Below, in pieces: positions 52,120 to 63,692 of a stretch of DNA of 64,000 nucleotides. The DNA is from Octopus bimaculoides. Its lineage: Eukaryota. The DNA lies in the NCBI RefSeq assembly GCF_001194135.2, contig NC_068991.1, positions 7,291,988 to 7,355,987 of the forward strand, given 5' to 3'. The notes beneath the pieces are model-generated. The model worked only from the letters and a program-made list of their open reading frames with translations. It was not told where the DNA came from and ran no database searches. Positions within the stretch are counted from its first letter, which is position 1, and the number at the start of each line of letters is the position of its first letter. The translations under genes and the position numbers were made by a program.

Positions 52120-52369
52120 AAGCCAAGCTTACTTGTTTTGTTGTCCTCTCCAGCCACGTGTAGTTTACGTTGAGTTTTCCTACAAGAACTGATCTACAGT
52201 TTGTTTTTATTTAAATGTTCAGTTTTTGTTTTCGTAACTTAACGTTCAATTTCAGTTTCTTCTTTTTGGTAATTTTTCGCATTACATGTCTGTTCCAACA
52301 TTTCACATGACTTTATTCATTAAAACTTATTAAAACTTCCGTCGTTGAATGTGTTGTCTTCGTACTGTT

Positions 52370-52490
52370 GTCATCACGCACAAAATGCCAGCTTCCAAAT
52401 CATCTTGAACGCCCCCTTCCCGCTTCAGTCATTTGGTGTCGGCTACCCGTAGGGTCCAAGCTTCACACCCAAAGCAGAAGTTTACGATTT
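52370..52490 (-). mobile_element. Old RTE reverse-transcriptase relic
   Basis: Minus translation FCFGCEAWTLRVADTK*LKR resembles the RTE motif LLYGCEAWTL. Confidence 0.5.
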
Positions 52491-53048
52491 AAGGAAAATA
52501 GATTTGGTAACTGTTTCTAACATATCTAGACGTCACGTTGACGCTTCTCTTGTTGTTTCATATGAACATATACATACAATACATAAGACTAGAATTGAGA
52601 GAAATTTGGCTACTCGTTTGGTAAGTACACTAAAATGAGCCCGAAGTTTGAATATTAAACGAGTACTTTTATTAGCGTTATACCATTTGTAAATTTCTTT
52701 TAATCGTAAACATAAACTTCAGTCATAACTGTACAGTTTCATTGCTAAGGGGTTTCGATATTTGGAAACTATTTCCAATTCAGGTTGTTAATAATTTTGT
52801 ACTCTTTTACTGGCTTCATTCCTGTTGTATTTATGTTGCTGTTTTAACTTCAAGTCAGAAATACAGGCAACCCCCACCACGTTACGCAATCTTGCGTTCC
52901 TGAGTATTTTTACCGTAACTTGAGATAAACAATAATGCAGTGATTTTATAGTACAATACACACTCAGCCCGAATGATACTGGTGGCTGTGTGAGAGGTGG
53001 TGATGTAGAAGGAATTACTGGGAGCAAGAAGATCCAATACCGTCTTAA

Positions 53049-53140
53049 GGCTGGCGGAAGTAAAGAATACGTACACCCCCCCTTTTTCGGTGTAACCCTA
53101 AACCCTAAATACCGGGTGTGCGTATTCTTTACCTTTGCGT
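53049..53140. mobile_element. 92-bp TTAA-flanked fold-back mini-element with (TAACCC)-like loop
   Basis: Arms GTAAAGAATACGTACACCC (53060-53078) and GGGTGTGCGTATTCTTTAC (53114-53132), 18/19 complementary; TTAA at 53045-53048 and 53141-53144. Confidence 0.6.
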
Positions 53141-53324
53141 TTAAGGCGTACCCTAGGAAGTTGCTCGGAAGAGGGAGTCAAGATTTAGGGAGCCAGTGTT
53201 AATACATGTACGATGTGGTTGTGAATGCAGAGTCCTAATTCATTGTTTTGCCCAGGAACTTATAATGTTATGACAGCCCCAAGAAAGGTACTCCTATTTG
53301 CATTGTAGACTATCTCCAGTATCT

Positions 53325-53875
53325 GCTAGAGGTAAAGAACTTATCCAAAGTTAGTTTCGTTTGCAGTTCATCGTCTCTGTGCAACTCAGTGTAGGAACTA
53401 AGATTATTGTGATTCCCTTTTTGTGATGTTTATCTTATGTTCACAACTAGGGTAGTTTGCAGCAAAGATTTTGCAGACCTTCCATCACAAGCTCGTTTTT
53501 ATTCCAGCATCATTAACTCCTCTTTCGACAAATTTTCTATGAGTAACAGGCAACTTTACCACGCCCATCTTCTATGATTTCTTCAAATCTTATACAGTTT
53601 TCTTGCATTACAATAACTTGATGAATAACTAGTAAAGTCAGAGATACTGCCTGGCCATATATTTTGCTGAATACCATCCAAAGCTGAGGGCCTCACTTGA
53701 TTCCATGACATAACTATATTATCCACTACATCCATAATTTTTAGTTTTTTCCAGAAGCCTTTGACAGTAGGTTTATCCTCCCCATCAATTGCTTTTATAA
53801 TTGTTATTGTTGTTTAAAGCTTTTCTCAGATAATATTCCTTGATGTTAGCTAATTCCTCTTGATCCTTTGAATGA
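53325..53875 (-). mobile_element. Decayed Tigger/pogo transposase C-terminal relic
   Basis: Minus fragments KDQEELANIKEYYLRKAL, IKAIDGEDKPTVKGFWKKLKIMDVVDNIVMSWNQVRPSALDGI..IWP, IENLSKEELMMLE and QTKLTLDKFFT, in Tigger order, with frameshifts. Confidence 0.7.
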
Positions 53876-54325
53876 AACAAAGGAATTGTGTTCTTGCATA
53901 TGTATTTTACTCACATCATCAGAAAGTCATTTAAGCAGGAATGTTCCAGTCATTTTTCCTGTCAACAAGCCATATCCTGGCTTTATACCTTTGAAAATAT
54001 ATGGAATAAGATAATTCTTATTTGAAAAACAGCTAAGAATAAGAAAGGTCTCTTGGTTATAAAACAATGCCTCATCTAACCCATGCCAGCATGGAAAAAG
54101 AGAAGTAAAAACAAATGAACAAAATTAATGAAATGCTTATGTGTCATAATGTATTTTGGAAATAAACTCTTTGTCATCTTGAATCCTTTTTTTAAAACAT
54201 ATTTCTAATGCATATATTTCACAAATATGTGTTTCAGATAATTTTGAAAATAGTTCGAAATATGGGGGATTTAATAAAATAACTAATTTTGTCTCTCTTA
54301 AGCTGGTAACTGGGATACAGCTTAA

Positions 54326-54547
54326 TCCTTTAGTATTTTATACAGCCATATTCTACCTGTTTTACATTAAAACAGATTCAACGTCTCAAACCTACCTTAC
54401 AATGTCATTCTAAAAATATACAAACACACCATTGAAATTTTGAAGCTACAAGATAATGTGTGACTCTTTCAAAAGACAATGTGAAATAAATAAGCAATAC
54501 ATTTGACAATGTGAAATAAATTAACAATACATCTGAATGTTGAAGGG
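54326..54547. mobile_element. piggyBac-type MITE, TTAA-flanked
   Basis: TTAA (54322-54325)...AAGGG-TTAA (54548-54551); internal sequence matches the 29155-29584 units. Confidence 0.7.
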
Positions 54548-54749
54548 TTAACAAAACATTCTCGTATAAACTTATGGTAGGACATTTTAATTTCAGATGA
54601 ACACTTTAGAATGAAAGTGTTTGTACCAAATAACCAAAGATATTCTTAGACAAGCTGATATTTATGGTTAAAGTTGTGTATAAACATCAAATAAGCTGAC
54701 AGTAAAAGTAAAAAAAGAAGAAAATTATAAGGAATATATTTATTCAAGG

Positions 54750-55265
54750 CACAGGTATGGTTCTGGGTTCAGTTCCCCTGCTTGGCACCTAAGGTGAGTT
54801 TCATTTGCTATAGCCCTGAGCTGACCAAAGCCTTGTGAATGGATTTGGTAGACAGAAACTGTTAGAAGGTGGTGAGCTGGCAGAAACGTTAGCACGTCTG
54901 GCGAAATGCTTAGCAGTATTTTGTCTGCCGCTTCGTTCTGAGTTCAAATTCTGCCGAGGTCGACTTTGCCTTTCATCCTTTCGGGGTCGATTAAATAAGT
55001 ACCAGTTTTGCACTGGTGTCGATATAATCGACTTAATCCATTTGTCTGTCCTTGTTTGTCCCCTCTGTGTGTAGGCCCTTGTGGGCAGTAAAGAAATAAG
55101 AAACTGTTTGAAGCCTATCATGTATGTGTGTGTGTATCTTTATGTTTGTGTGTGTTTGTCCTCCATTACCACTTGACAACTAGTGCTGGTTTGTTTATGT
55201 CCTTGTAATCTAACACTTCAGCAAATTTCTCTTGGCTAAAACCCTTCAAGGTGGTGCCCCAGTAA
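54750..55265 (+). mobile_element. SINE family B copy containing a nested family A SINE
   Basis: Family B sequence resumes after the insert; family A copy 54864-55098 is flanked by the 10-bp duplication AGAAACTGTT (54854-54863, 55099-55108). Confidence 0.85.
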
Positions 55266-56552
55266 AAAATCAAAGATAAAAGATGATACCACTTGCTCAA
55301 GAGATAGAGTAGTTCATCTGAAATTACAAATATTTGCTTCTTAATCTTTACAGCAAGAATCTTAATGTTGCTTCTCTAGGGTTCAGAACATTTTTGTTTT
55401 AGCAGTTTATATATATTTTCCTTAAAAACAACATATTCCCACAATCAAAAATAGAAGCTTCTCTTGTTTACTTAAACCAAGAAATGTCAGTCCAACTTGT
55501 CAAAGCAGTAATTGACAGCTTTATATTGACAGGAACCAATTTTACACAGAGGTGAATGTTTAAATGTGTAATAATAATATACATTTTCGTAGCCTACCTA
55601 GTTTTATTGATAAGCTGGTGAAAAGGTTTTATCTGAATGTTGTCGATATATCAACCCTGCTAACTAAAAGTAAATCACAAAGTATTTTTACTTTCTGTGC
55701 TCTAAATCCATAAGTATACAAATAGTTTATGTAGATAAGGTTCTTTATATGGCCTTATTGTCTACAGTCCAAAATATAGGACTGATGAGAAAATATTGAA
55801 TAAAATGACTAGTGATTATCTCCACAAATTTGCCTCTATTAAAAGATAAACAGGTGTGTTAGTAATCTAGTTTATCTATGGTTAGGGGTCAGTATTTGGG
55901 ACTAAATTTTTGGTACGATTCATGAAGCAGTCATGTGACCAATAAAGATCAGAGTTGATGTGATTAATTTCGGTGACAGGTTATGAGCAAAGTTTTTTCA
56001 TATTTCTACAGTTAACTAAAGTTCACTGATTGAATTTCATAACAGATTAAATTCTTCTAGGAAATATAATTTCTAAAACTACAAACTGACTCCCAATAAT
56101 TTCATTACTCTTTATTTATATGTGTATATACAGTGATTTCTTACCTAGACTCAAAGCTGTCAATACCAGTATAAGTTTATCAATATCACAAGTATAAAAA
56201 GCAAAGTTGATCTTGGTGAGGTTTGAACTTGGAATGTAAAGGAGCACCAAACGTTATAAATATTACTCACACACACAAACTCAATCATTCTTCAGAACTT
56301 ACACTCTCCATTCAAAAGTATTTGTTTAAAAATGAGAAAATGTCACTGTAAAGAGTACTTAAATTTGGATATTTTAAAAATTAGATGCTGGCACAAGAGA
56401 AGAGTTTATATACAATAAAGATATTATTTGTTTGTTTGTGGACCTCTGAAAAGAGTGTGAAAATTTAAAAATATTAAGTAAAATTAAATAATTTCATTGA
56501 AATATTGAAAACAGTTTTTATTTTAGATTGGAAAAAAAAAAAGGATTTAACA

Positions 56553-56928
56553 ATGTTTCGAAGGCATTTCTTAAACTTGTACCACCGTCTGTCTGTGATG
56601 ACATCAACTACAGTGAAATCTTCCCTTCACAATGGATCTTTTAGTTTTCCAGAAGATATAGCCTTTCCTATGTATTTGTTGAGTAAAACTGCTGATTTTG
56701 AACACCAGACAGCATTGGTAAGTAATTCATAATGCATCTATTATAAGTATTTATATTGTAATTTATATTGTAATTTATATTGTAATTTGTGGAAAACAGT
56801 GGTGTTGGTTTACAGGTTTCTGACAGGCCAAACTCTGGTTCACTGGATTTCTAAGGGGCAACAGTGACAAGGGATTACCTTAGTTGATGCACAAAAACTA
56901 TTTCAAGGGACAAAATTTGAACTACTTC

Positions 56929-56984
<56 letters not shown>

Positions 56985-59900
56985 TTCTCACCAGTTGTTT
57001 CCTTTGGCAGAGAAGAGAGGCAGATTATTAATAGTTGTGGCAAAAGATGCTATTAAGATGGGGGTTCATATAATCAACTAGCCCCCTCCTCCATAAATGC
57101 TGGCCTCATGCCAAAATTTGAAATCATAATTGTTATCATTATTATTATTAATTCTTTTTTAAGACAATGAGCATGTATCAATCAATCAATTCTTTTTAAG
57201 GCAATAAGCATCTATCAATCAATCAGATACAATGATTAACAATATTTTATACAGGGTGCAAGAGGTATTTGAGGACATGTTTAGTAATTTACTAAAACAA
57301 CTCTAATCTAGCAAAAACCAAATATATTTCAATAAAAAAGAATTTGGCGCATGTTTTTGATAATTCCTGCCTGAGATTTTCAACTCTGCAACATTTAGAA
57401 ATTTTTAAAATTTCTAAACCACTGTGCTCCACACACATGGCAAAAATGACTGCCTGTCTTTTCACTTCTTGTGTTAGCATTTTATCTTCCATGGGAGATC
57501 TGAAAGAAATAAAACCCATTTAATTGGTTTAAAGAGAGTTATATCTGGATAATAAAGTGTCTTCAAATACACCTGGCACCTTGTATTCCATAATCATAAA
57601 TAACTATTGACTGTAGAATGAAAGAAAATGCATTTTGAATATTCCTTTTGAAATTGCATACATTAAGAAACTTTCCTTTCTTTCTTTTTTTATGAAGATA
57701 AATGGTGAAACTGGCCAGAAATTCAGTTATGAAAACCTTCAAAAAGATTCCATTAAAGTTTCTAATTCCTTTTTCCGTCTTGGTTTGCGAAAAGGAGATG
57801 TTGTTTGTTTGTATGGCTCAAACACACCTGAAATGCTTCATATTCTTTGTGGAGTCACAGCCATTGGTGGCATTGTCAGTCCAGCGATGGCACAGATGTC
57901 TGTTGGTAAGAACTGATTTGTAATATAACATTACAACACACATTCACACATGCATTTTGCTTTTTTCCATTTCTACATACATGCATTTTGCTTGGTCTGA
58001 AATCTTTACTGTCTGTTGGTATACAAGAACATTTTACAATTTTTGAACAATTTGTGAACTGAACAGCTTGACTTGCATTTTTTTTATTTGGTTTCATGAT
58101 TTTTGTTATATAATTTTGTTGTCACATGTACTACAGACATAACATGAACACATGCACACTTTTACCAGTCTAGTTTTGTTCATTTGACTTATGAAAAATA
58201 CACAGCAAAAGGACTAAGTACAGTTCTATATTTAAGAGATGAGGAATTATGTACCTTATTTACATTTGACGGATATTTGTCCTCATCTTGTTTGTTGTTA
58301 ACACAATGTTTCGGCCGATATACCCTCCAGCCTTCATCAGGTGTCTTGGGGAAATTTCGAACCTGGGTTCTCATTCCACCATTGGGAACCATTGGGAAAA
58401 GGTTGGAAAGCACTGATGTATACCATCATATGTCTTTTACTTTACCATTCTAAATTTTCTTTTTTTATCTGTTAATTATGATTATACTGATTTTATTTGT
58501 AGGAGAACTCGTGTCCCAGTTAAGAGATTCTCAGTCTAAATTTATTGTAACCACTCCAGAATGTATTATTCGGGCTAAAGAAGCAGCCAAAAGAACCAAT
58601 GGTATTCAGGTATTTGTTACGTTTTTACTACTCTCTGCTGTTTGTTTACTCATGGTAAAATCAAAATTTGAAAAATAAATCTTTCACTGGAAATATCAAA
58701 TATTTATTTAGTGGTTTTAAGTTACTGGATTGTAACTATGTTGGGGTACTGCCTTCAAAATCAGAATTTGTAGAATAAATCTTTCTCTGGAATCATTAAA
58801 TATTTTTTATTGGTAGAATATTGGGGCCAGACATGCTGGATTAAATGTTAAAGGGTTAAATTTTCTTCTTGAAATTTTAAAGATGTCTTTATTTTCGTTC
58901 TCACCTTGCAGGAAACCATAGTATTAGGACAGGCTGAAGGTTGCCGACCATTTTCTGATCTACTCAAATCAGCAAATTTTACTTATCCTGATGTACACAT
59001 TAATCCTCGGAAGGACACTGCTCTTTTACCATACTCAGCTGGATTATCAGGAAAGCCTAAAGGTGTAATGCTGACACATCAAAATTTAATTGCTGCCATT
59101 GAGGCACTGAGGTACGATCATAATTTACCTTTTTTTTTTTAATTTTGTTTTAATTATTGGACTGTGGCCATGCTGGAGCAACACCTTGAAGGGTTTTAGT
59201 CAAACAAATCAACATCGGTACTTATTCAAAAGTCTGGTAACTTACTTCTATCAGCCACTTTTACCAAATTTCTAGCTTACAGGGACATAAACAAACCAAC
59301 ACTAGTTGTCAAGCAGTGGTAGTGAGGAACAAACACAAATACAAAACTACACACACACACACACACATGCATACACACATACACACATGCACGTGTGCAC
59401 ACACACTCACGCATGCACACACAGACAGACACACACACAGAGGTTTTAACACAGTTTCTGTCACTCAAATTCACACCCAAGGCATTGACCAGCCCAGGGC
59501 TATATAGTAAAAGGTCCTTACCCAAGGGGCCATAAAGCTATAAAATAATGCATGATTCATTCAAAACAATGTGAAAAAATAAGTATTACTTTTGACAAAA
59601 TAATGTGAATGCTGAAATATTATCCTTCTGCGATTACTTGTTATGAACAATCATACTTTTATTTGTCACAATTTTACTTATTTCAGACAACCTGACTATA
59701 TTACATTCGAAGCAGGCAAAGACCATAATGTAATGGTGTTTCCTTTGACCCATGCATCTGGACTAGTTATGGGTTTCGGTATGTCATTGGTACAAGGTGC
59801 CACCATAGTGACTCTCAACAGATTTGAAGCTCGGTCATATTTGGAATCTTTTCAGAAATACAAGGTACACTCGATTATTTTTTGTGATGAGGCTTGTTTG

Positions 59901-62900
59901 CAATCTTTATTTCACCTGTGAGGACAAAAGATAGTTATTTAACCGACTTTTATGGTATAAAATATTGCACAGGCATATTAGATGCATCCTAGCTGCAGCA
60001 GTACATTTTCAGGAAAAGCACTTAATATTAGCTTATAGACAATGAGCTGGCAGAATCGTTAGCACGTCGGGCAAAGTGCTTAGCGGTATTTCGTCGTTAT
60101 GTTCTGAGTTCAAATTCCAAGGTCGACTTTGCCTTTTATCCTTTCGGGGGTCGATAAATTAACACAAATCAGCTATCAGCCAAAGATTCTGCTTAGACTG
60201 CAAAAAACATGCCCACAATGCTCATCTATCTAGTGAAGCTGTGTAGTTTTCTGTATAGATTTACATAAATGTACCCATCAACATAACACCAGTGAACAAA
60301 AAAATCTTTTTCACTGTTATGATTTTATTATTTACTGATCATATGTGATTAAATTTTTCTTTAGATATTATTCCAACCATGAAACAATTTCATGTCCTAT
60401 GATTCGTTTATCACTGATTCATTTTTTTTTAACCAAACACTCATAATAGATGTATTATGTTTGTTTTTTTTTATAGTTTATGCCTAGGATAGCTACAAGT
60501 CTGCTCAATCAGGACAGACCTAATAAATAATTAATTTTTCAATTGGTTTTTAACCTTGCAGGGAACATTTACAATGGTAACACCATCAATGATATCATTT
60601 TTCAACTCCCATCCTCTTGTGCGAGAAACTGATCTTTCCAGTCTAAAGTCTATTGTAAGTCAGTCAGGATATCTGAGCCCTAATCACATTCAACAACTTT
60701 CTGAAAAACTAAAGGGAGTAAATATAAGACAAGGTAATTGCTGCTACAATTATAAATTATCTAGTATTTATTTGATATAACAGACCAGAAGACAGCAGTA
60801 AAAAAAGACAGTTTTATTCAATGACAATATGTTTAAACTTTTTCATCATGTATGTTGATAAAACCAGCTGTAAAATGTTACTTCTAAACATGAAGGGAGA
60901 TCTTACTTATGATCTCCAGAGTACCTCTCAAAGACAGGTTCTGTATGTAAAGGTAGATTAGTTTTGATCAGCAATCACCTTTCTCAGAACCACCTTCAGT
61001 ACCCTAGACAGACTCCATACAAGATATGGTATGACTGGTTCACAAGGTATGAATGAATTTAAACTATATTCACTTTGAACAAAGATACTTAAGACATAGG
61101 AAAATAACTGTGACTGTAGGATAATTAACCGTACACTTTATTATATTCTTTCAATAATTTTCACTATTCAATGTTCAAATGACACTTAGGTTGATTTCTG
61201 ACAATTGATAAATAAATACCAGTGAGATACTAGGGTTAATTCAGTTAACTATATTCAGTCACAAATAAATCAGTCTTCTGCCTTGTGAAAAACAACCCTT
61301 TTAAATTTAAAATTTAATGCAAGCATCATATTTTGTCTACTTGCTATTATGGATTTTTGATTAAAAAAAAAACTTCTTCAGGTTATGGACTGACAGAAAC
61401 ATGCGGTGTTGGAATGGTAACTCCTGCAAGCAACATAAAGAATGGTTCTGTTGGGGTTCCAGTTCCTGGAATGGAAGTCAAAGTAGGTTCTTTTCCATTT
61501 ATTTCATCAATTATAACAGCACATCAGAGATTTTATAAACATACAATCATATAAAGTTAAAGAAGTGATTTTAAATTCTCAATCGCAGGATAATGCTAAT
61601 AATATAGCCTGAACAGGATAAGCTACCCCTATTTTGCAGAACACATTATCCTGCATTTGAGAATTTAAAATCGCTTCTTTAACTTTCTAAGACATCTCAA
61701 CGCTTCTAAAAACAAACTTCGTTTGTTTGTTTACGTTCATCGTAATTTGAATTTAACATACAATCATATTTTCTGCTTTATCATCTTTGGTATGAAATCA
61801 CAATGCTACCAAATCATCATACACATGTGCTTCAAAGAAGTATTGTTTCTTTTCTTACTTCTTATTCTTTTTTGATACAGGGTTCATCCAAAATATCAGT
61901 CTGCTTCTTTTCCTTTCCATTCTTTCTTTCTTTCTTTTTTTTTTCTTTGGTATACCAACCACTCAGTGTGAACATCTTTTTTTTGTTATATTATTGTGTG
62001 TGTGTTTCCATATTGTCCCTCTCTTTTCAAACTCTTATCTACCTGTTCTAACCTCTTACAATGTCCATCTGTCCACATCTCACTCCTCTCATTACATTTC
62101 TACTGTTTCACCTACCTTACGGTACACGTTGGTTGAAGGCTGGCAGCCAGTCTGATCTTACAACAAATGCAGGACATTTGCACATCGAATCCTGAAGTCA
62201 ATAATTTGTGGCAAATAAATTTGATTCTCCCCATTGTTTCTTGTTACAACAATTTGTATGTATGTAGAGGTTTGTCATGAGCCTTAGGACTCATAAGGTC
62301 AGGGCTTCAATGCAGTTTCCATGGTGTATGTGTGACTGAGTCATCATCATCATATATATATATATATATATATATATGCGAGTAAAAATAAATACAAAAA
62401 AGGTGGGGTTTTTTTTGTATGATTGTGTATAGAGGAATATATTATTTTGCTTAAAAGAGTTCCAACACTGTCTGTTTTTTATGTTTTATTTATATTCCTG
62501 CAGAACTAATGCGGGGTATAGAATATGGAATATACAATATATAATATGATATACAATATACAATATAAAATAAAATAACATAAAAATGGATGGCACCATG
62601 AAAGAAAGTATTGAATGTAGATGAAATATTGAGTGTTCAATATAAAGGATCAAATATATAAATATATAAATATAAATATATATATATATAAAGGCGACTT
62701 GAGTTTCAGGGCTATTTCCCTTCGTCATGGCCGGTATGACAGACTTTACCAACCACATGGTTCCAGGTTCAGTTCCACTGCGTGGAACCTTGGACAGGTG
62801 TCTTCAGCTATAGCCTTGGGCCGACCAAAGTCTTGTGAATGGATTTGGGAGATGGAAACTGAAAGAAGCCTGTCGTATATACACACATATATATATATAT

Positions 62901-63440
62901 ATGTATGTACGTGTAAATGTTTGTGGTCTGTATTTGTCCCCCAACATCGCTTGACAACCGATGCTGGTGTGTTTACATCCCTGTAACTTAGCAGTTTGGC
63001 AAAAGAGACCAACAGAATAAGTACTAGGCTTACAAAGAATAAGTCTTGGGGTTGATTTGCTCGACTAAAAGTGGTGCTCCAGCATGGCCACAGTCAAATG
63101 ACTGAAATAAATAAAAGAATATACATACATATACATAGAGAGAGAGAGAGAGAATGTGTGTGTGCTATGTTATCGTATCTATCACTTTTATATATAGAGA
63201 TAATGATACATAAGTTTCTTTTATTCCAGATATGATTGTGTTGTCTAAATTTACAAGTAATGATTGTCGTTGCTATTATTTTTATCTCCATCCAGTTAAT
63301 TGACTCAAAGTCTAAGACAGACATAACCGACGAACAAAAAGGTGAAATTTGCCTTCGTGGGCCAAGTATCACTTCTAAGTTCTGGAAACACAGAGACAAT
63401 AATGAAGAAATGCTCTTGGAGGACAATTGGCTCAGAACAG
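56553..63440 (+). CDS. Firefly-luciferase/4-coumarate:CoA ligase-like adenylate-forming acyl-CoA synthetase (3' incomplete)
   Basis: Exons 56553-56717, 57698-57905, 58503-58609, 58912-59111, 59687-59864, 60562-60733, 61382-61482, 63296-63440; phases consistent. Motifs GLRKGDVVCL, DTALLPYSAGLSGKPKGVMLTHQN, RQGYGLTET, GSVGVPVPGMEVK, GEICLRGPS, WLRTG. A probable non-coding exon ends at the GTAAGT donor at 52621; acceptor at 56526. Confidence 0.9.
56932..56984. repeat. (TTA)n microsatellite
   Basis: Perfect trinucleotide run in intron 1 of the acyl-CoA synthetase gene. Confidence 0.95.
57252..57583 (-). mobile_element. Internally deleted Tc1/mariner element, 332 bp, TA-flanked
   Basis: TIRs CAGGGTGCAAGAGGTATTTGAGGACA / CAAGGTGCCAGGTGTATTTGAAGACA with TA on both sides; minus ORF MLTQEVKRQAVIFAMCVEHSGLEI resembles a transposase HTH start. 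Confidence 0.8.
58218..58378 (-). mobile_element. Penelope-like element terminal fragment carrying a minimal hammerhead motif (58300-58345)
   Basis: Minus: GACAC-CUGAUGA-A-GGCUGG-agggtata-UCGGCC-GAAAC-AUU-GUGUU; this layout is typical of PLE terminal repeats. Confidence 0.75.
59150..59530 (-). mobile_element. tRNA-derived SINE, family B copy
   Basis: Reverse complement of the family, with a CA-rich central tract. Confidence 0.75.
61553..61686. repeat. Inverted repeat, 43-bp arms, 48-nt spacer
   Basis: 61553-61595 vs 61644-61686: 40 Watson-Crick pairs, 1 G:U, 2 mismatches. Confidence 0.85.
62693..62728 (-). ncRNA. Truncated hammerhead ribozyme relic abutting a SINE
   Basis: Minus: (A)UGACGA-AGGG-AAAUAG-CCCU-GAAAC-UCAA-GUC-GCC; C3 and the 5' strand of stem I are replaced by the SINE head. 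Confidence 0.55.
62728..63120 (+). mobile_element. tRNA-derived SINE, family B, near full length
   Basis: Head ACCAACCACATGGTTCCAGGTTCAGTTCCACTGCGTGG, central TA/GT tract, 3' GTGCTCCAGCATGGCCACAGTCAAATGACTGAAA. Confidence 0.88.
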
Positions 63441-63692
63441 GTAATGTCAACTAATGGCTACATGTGTTTTAATTTTGCATCCAATTAAATAGTTATACCA
63501 ATCCATTACAATTTCTTAAAAACCTATAGGAGTGAGGCTTCTTTCTACTTTCTGGAGCATTAGGGAAAGGAGAGATGTATATTTCCCTCGATAGGTGAAA
63601 GACCCTTGGTTAGTTTTTATTTAGAACATTCAATGTTCAATCAAGTGAGTTACCCACTCTTTAAATTAAATTGCTGAGAATTCCACAGACAC

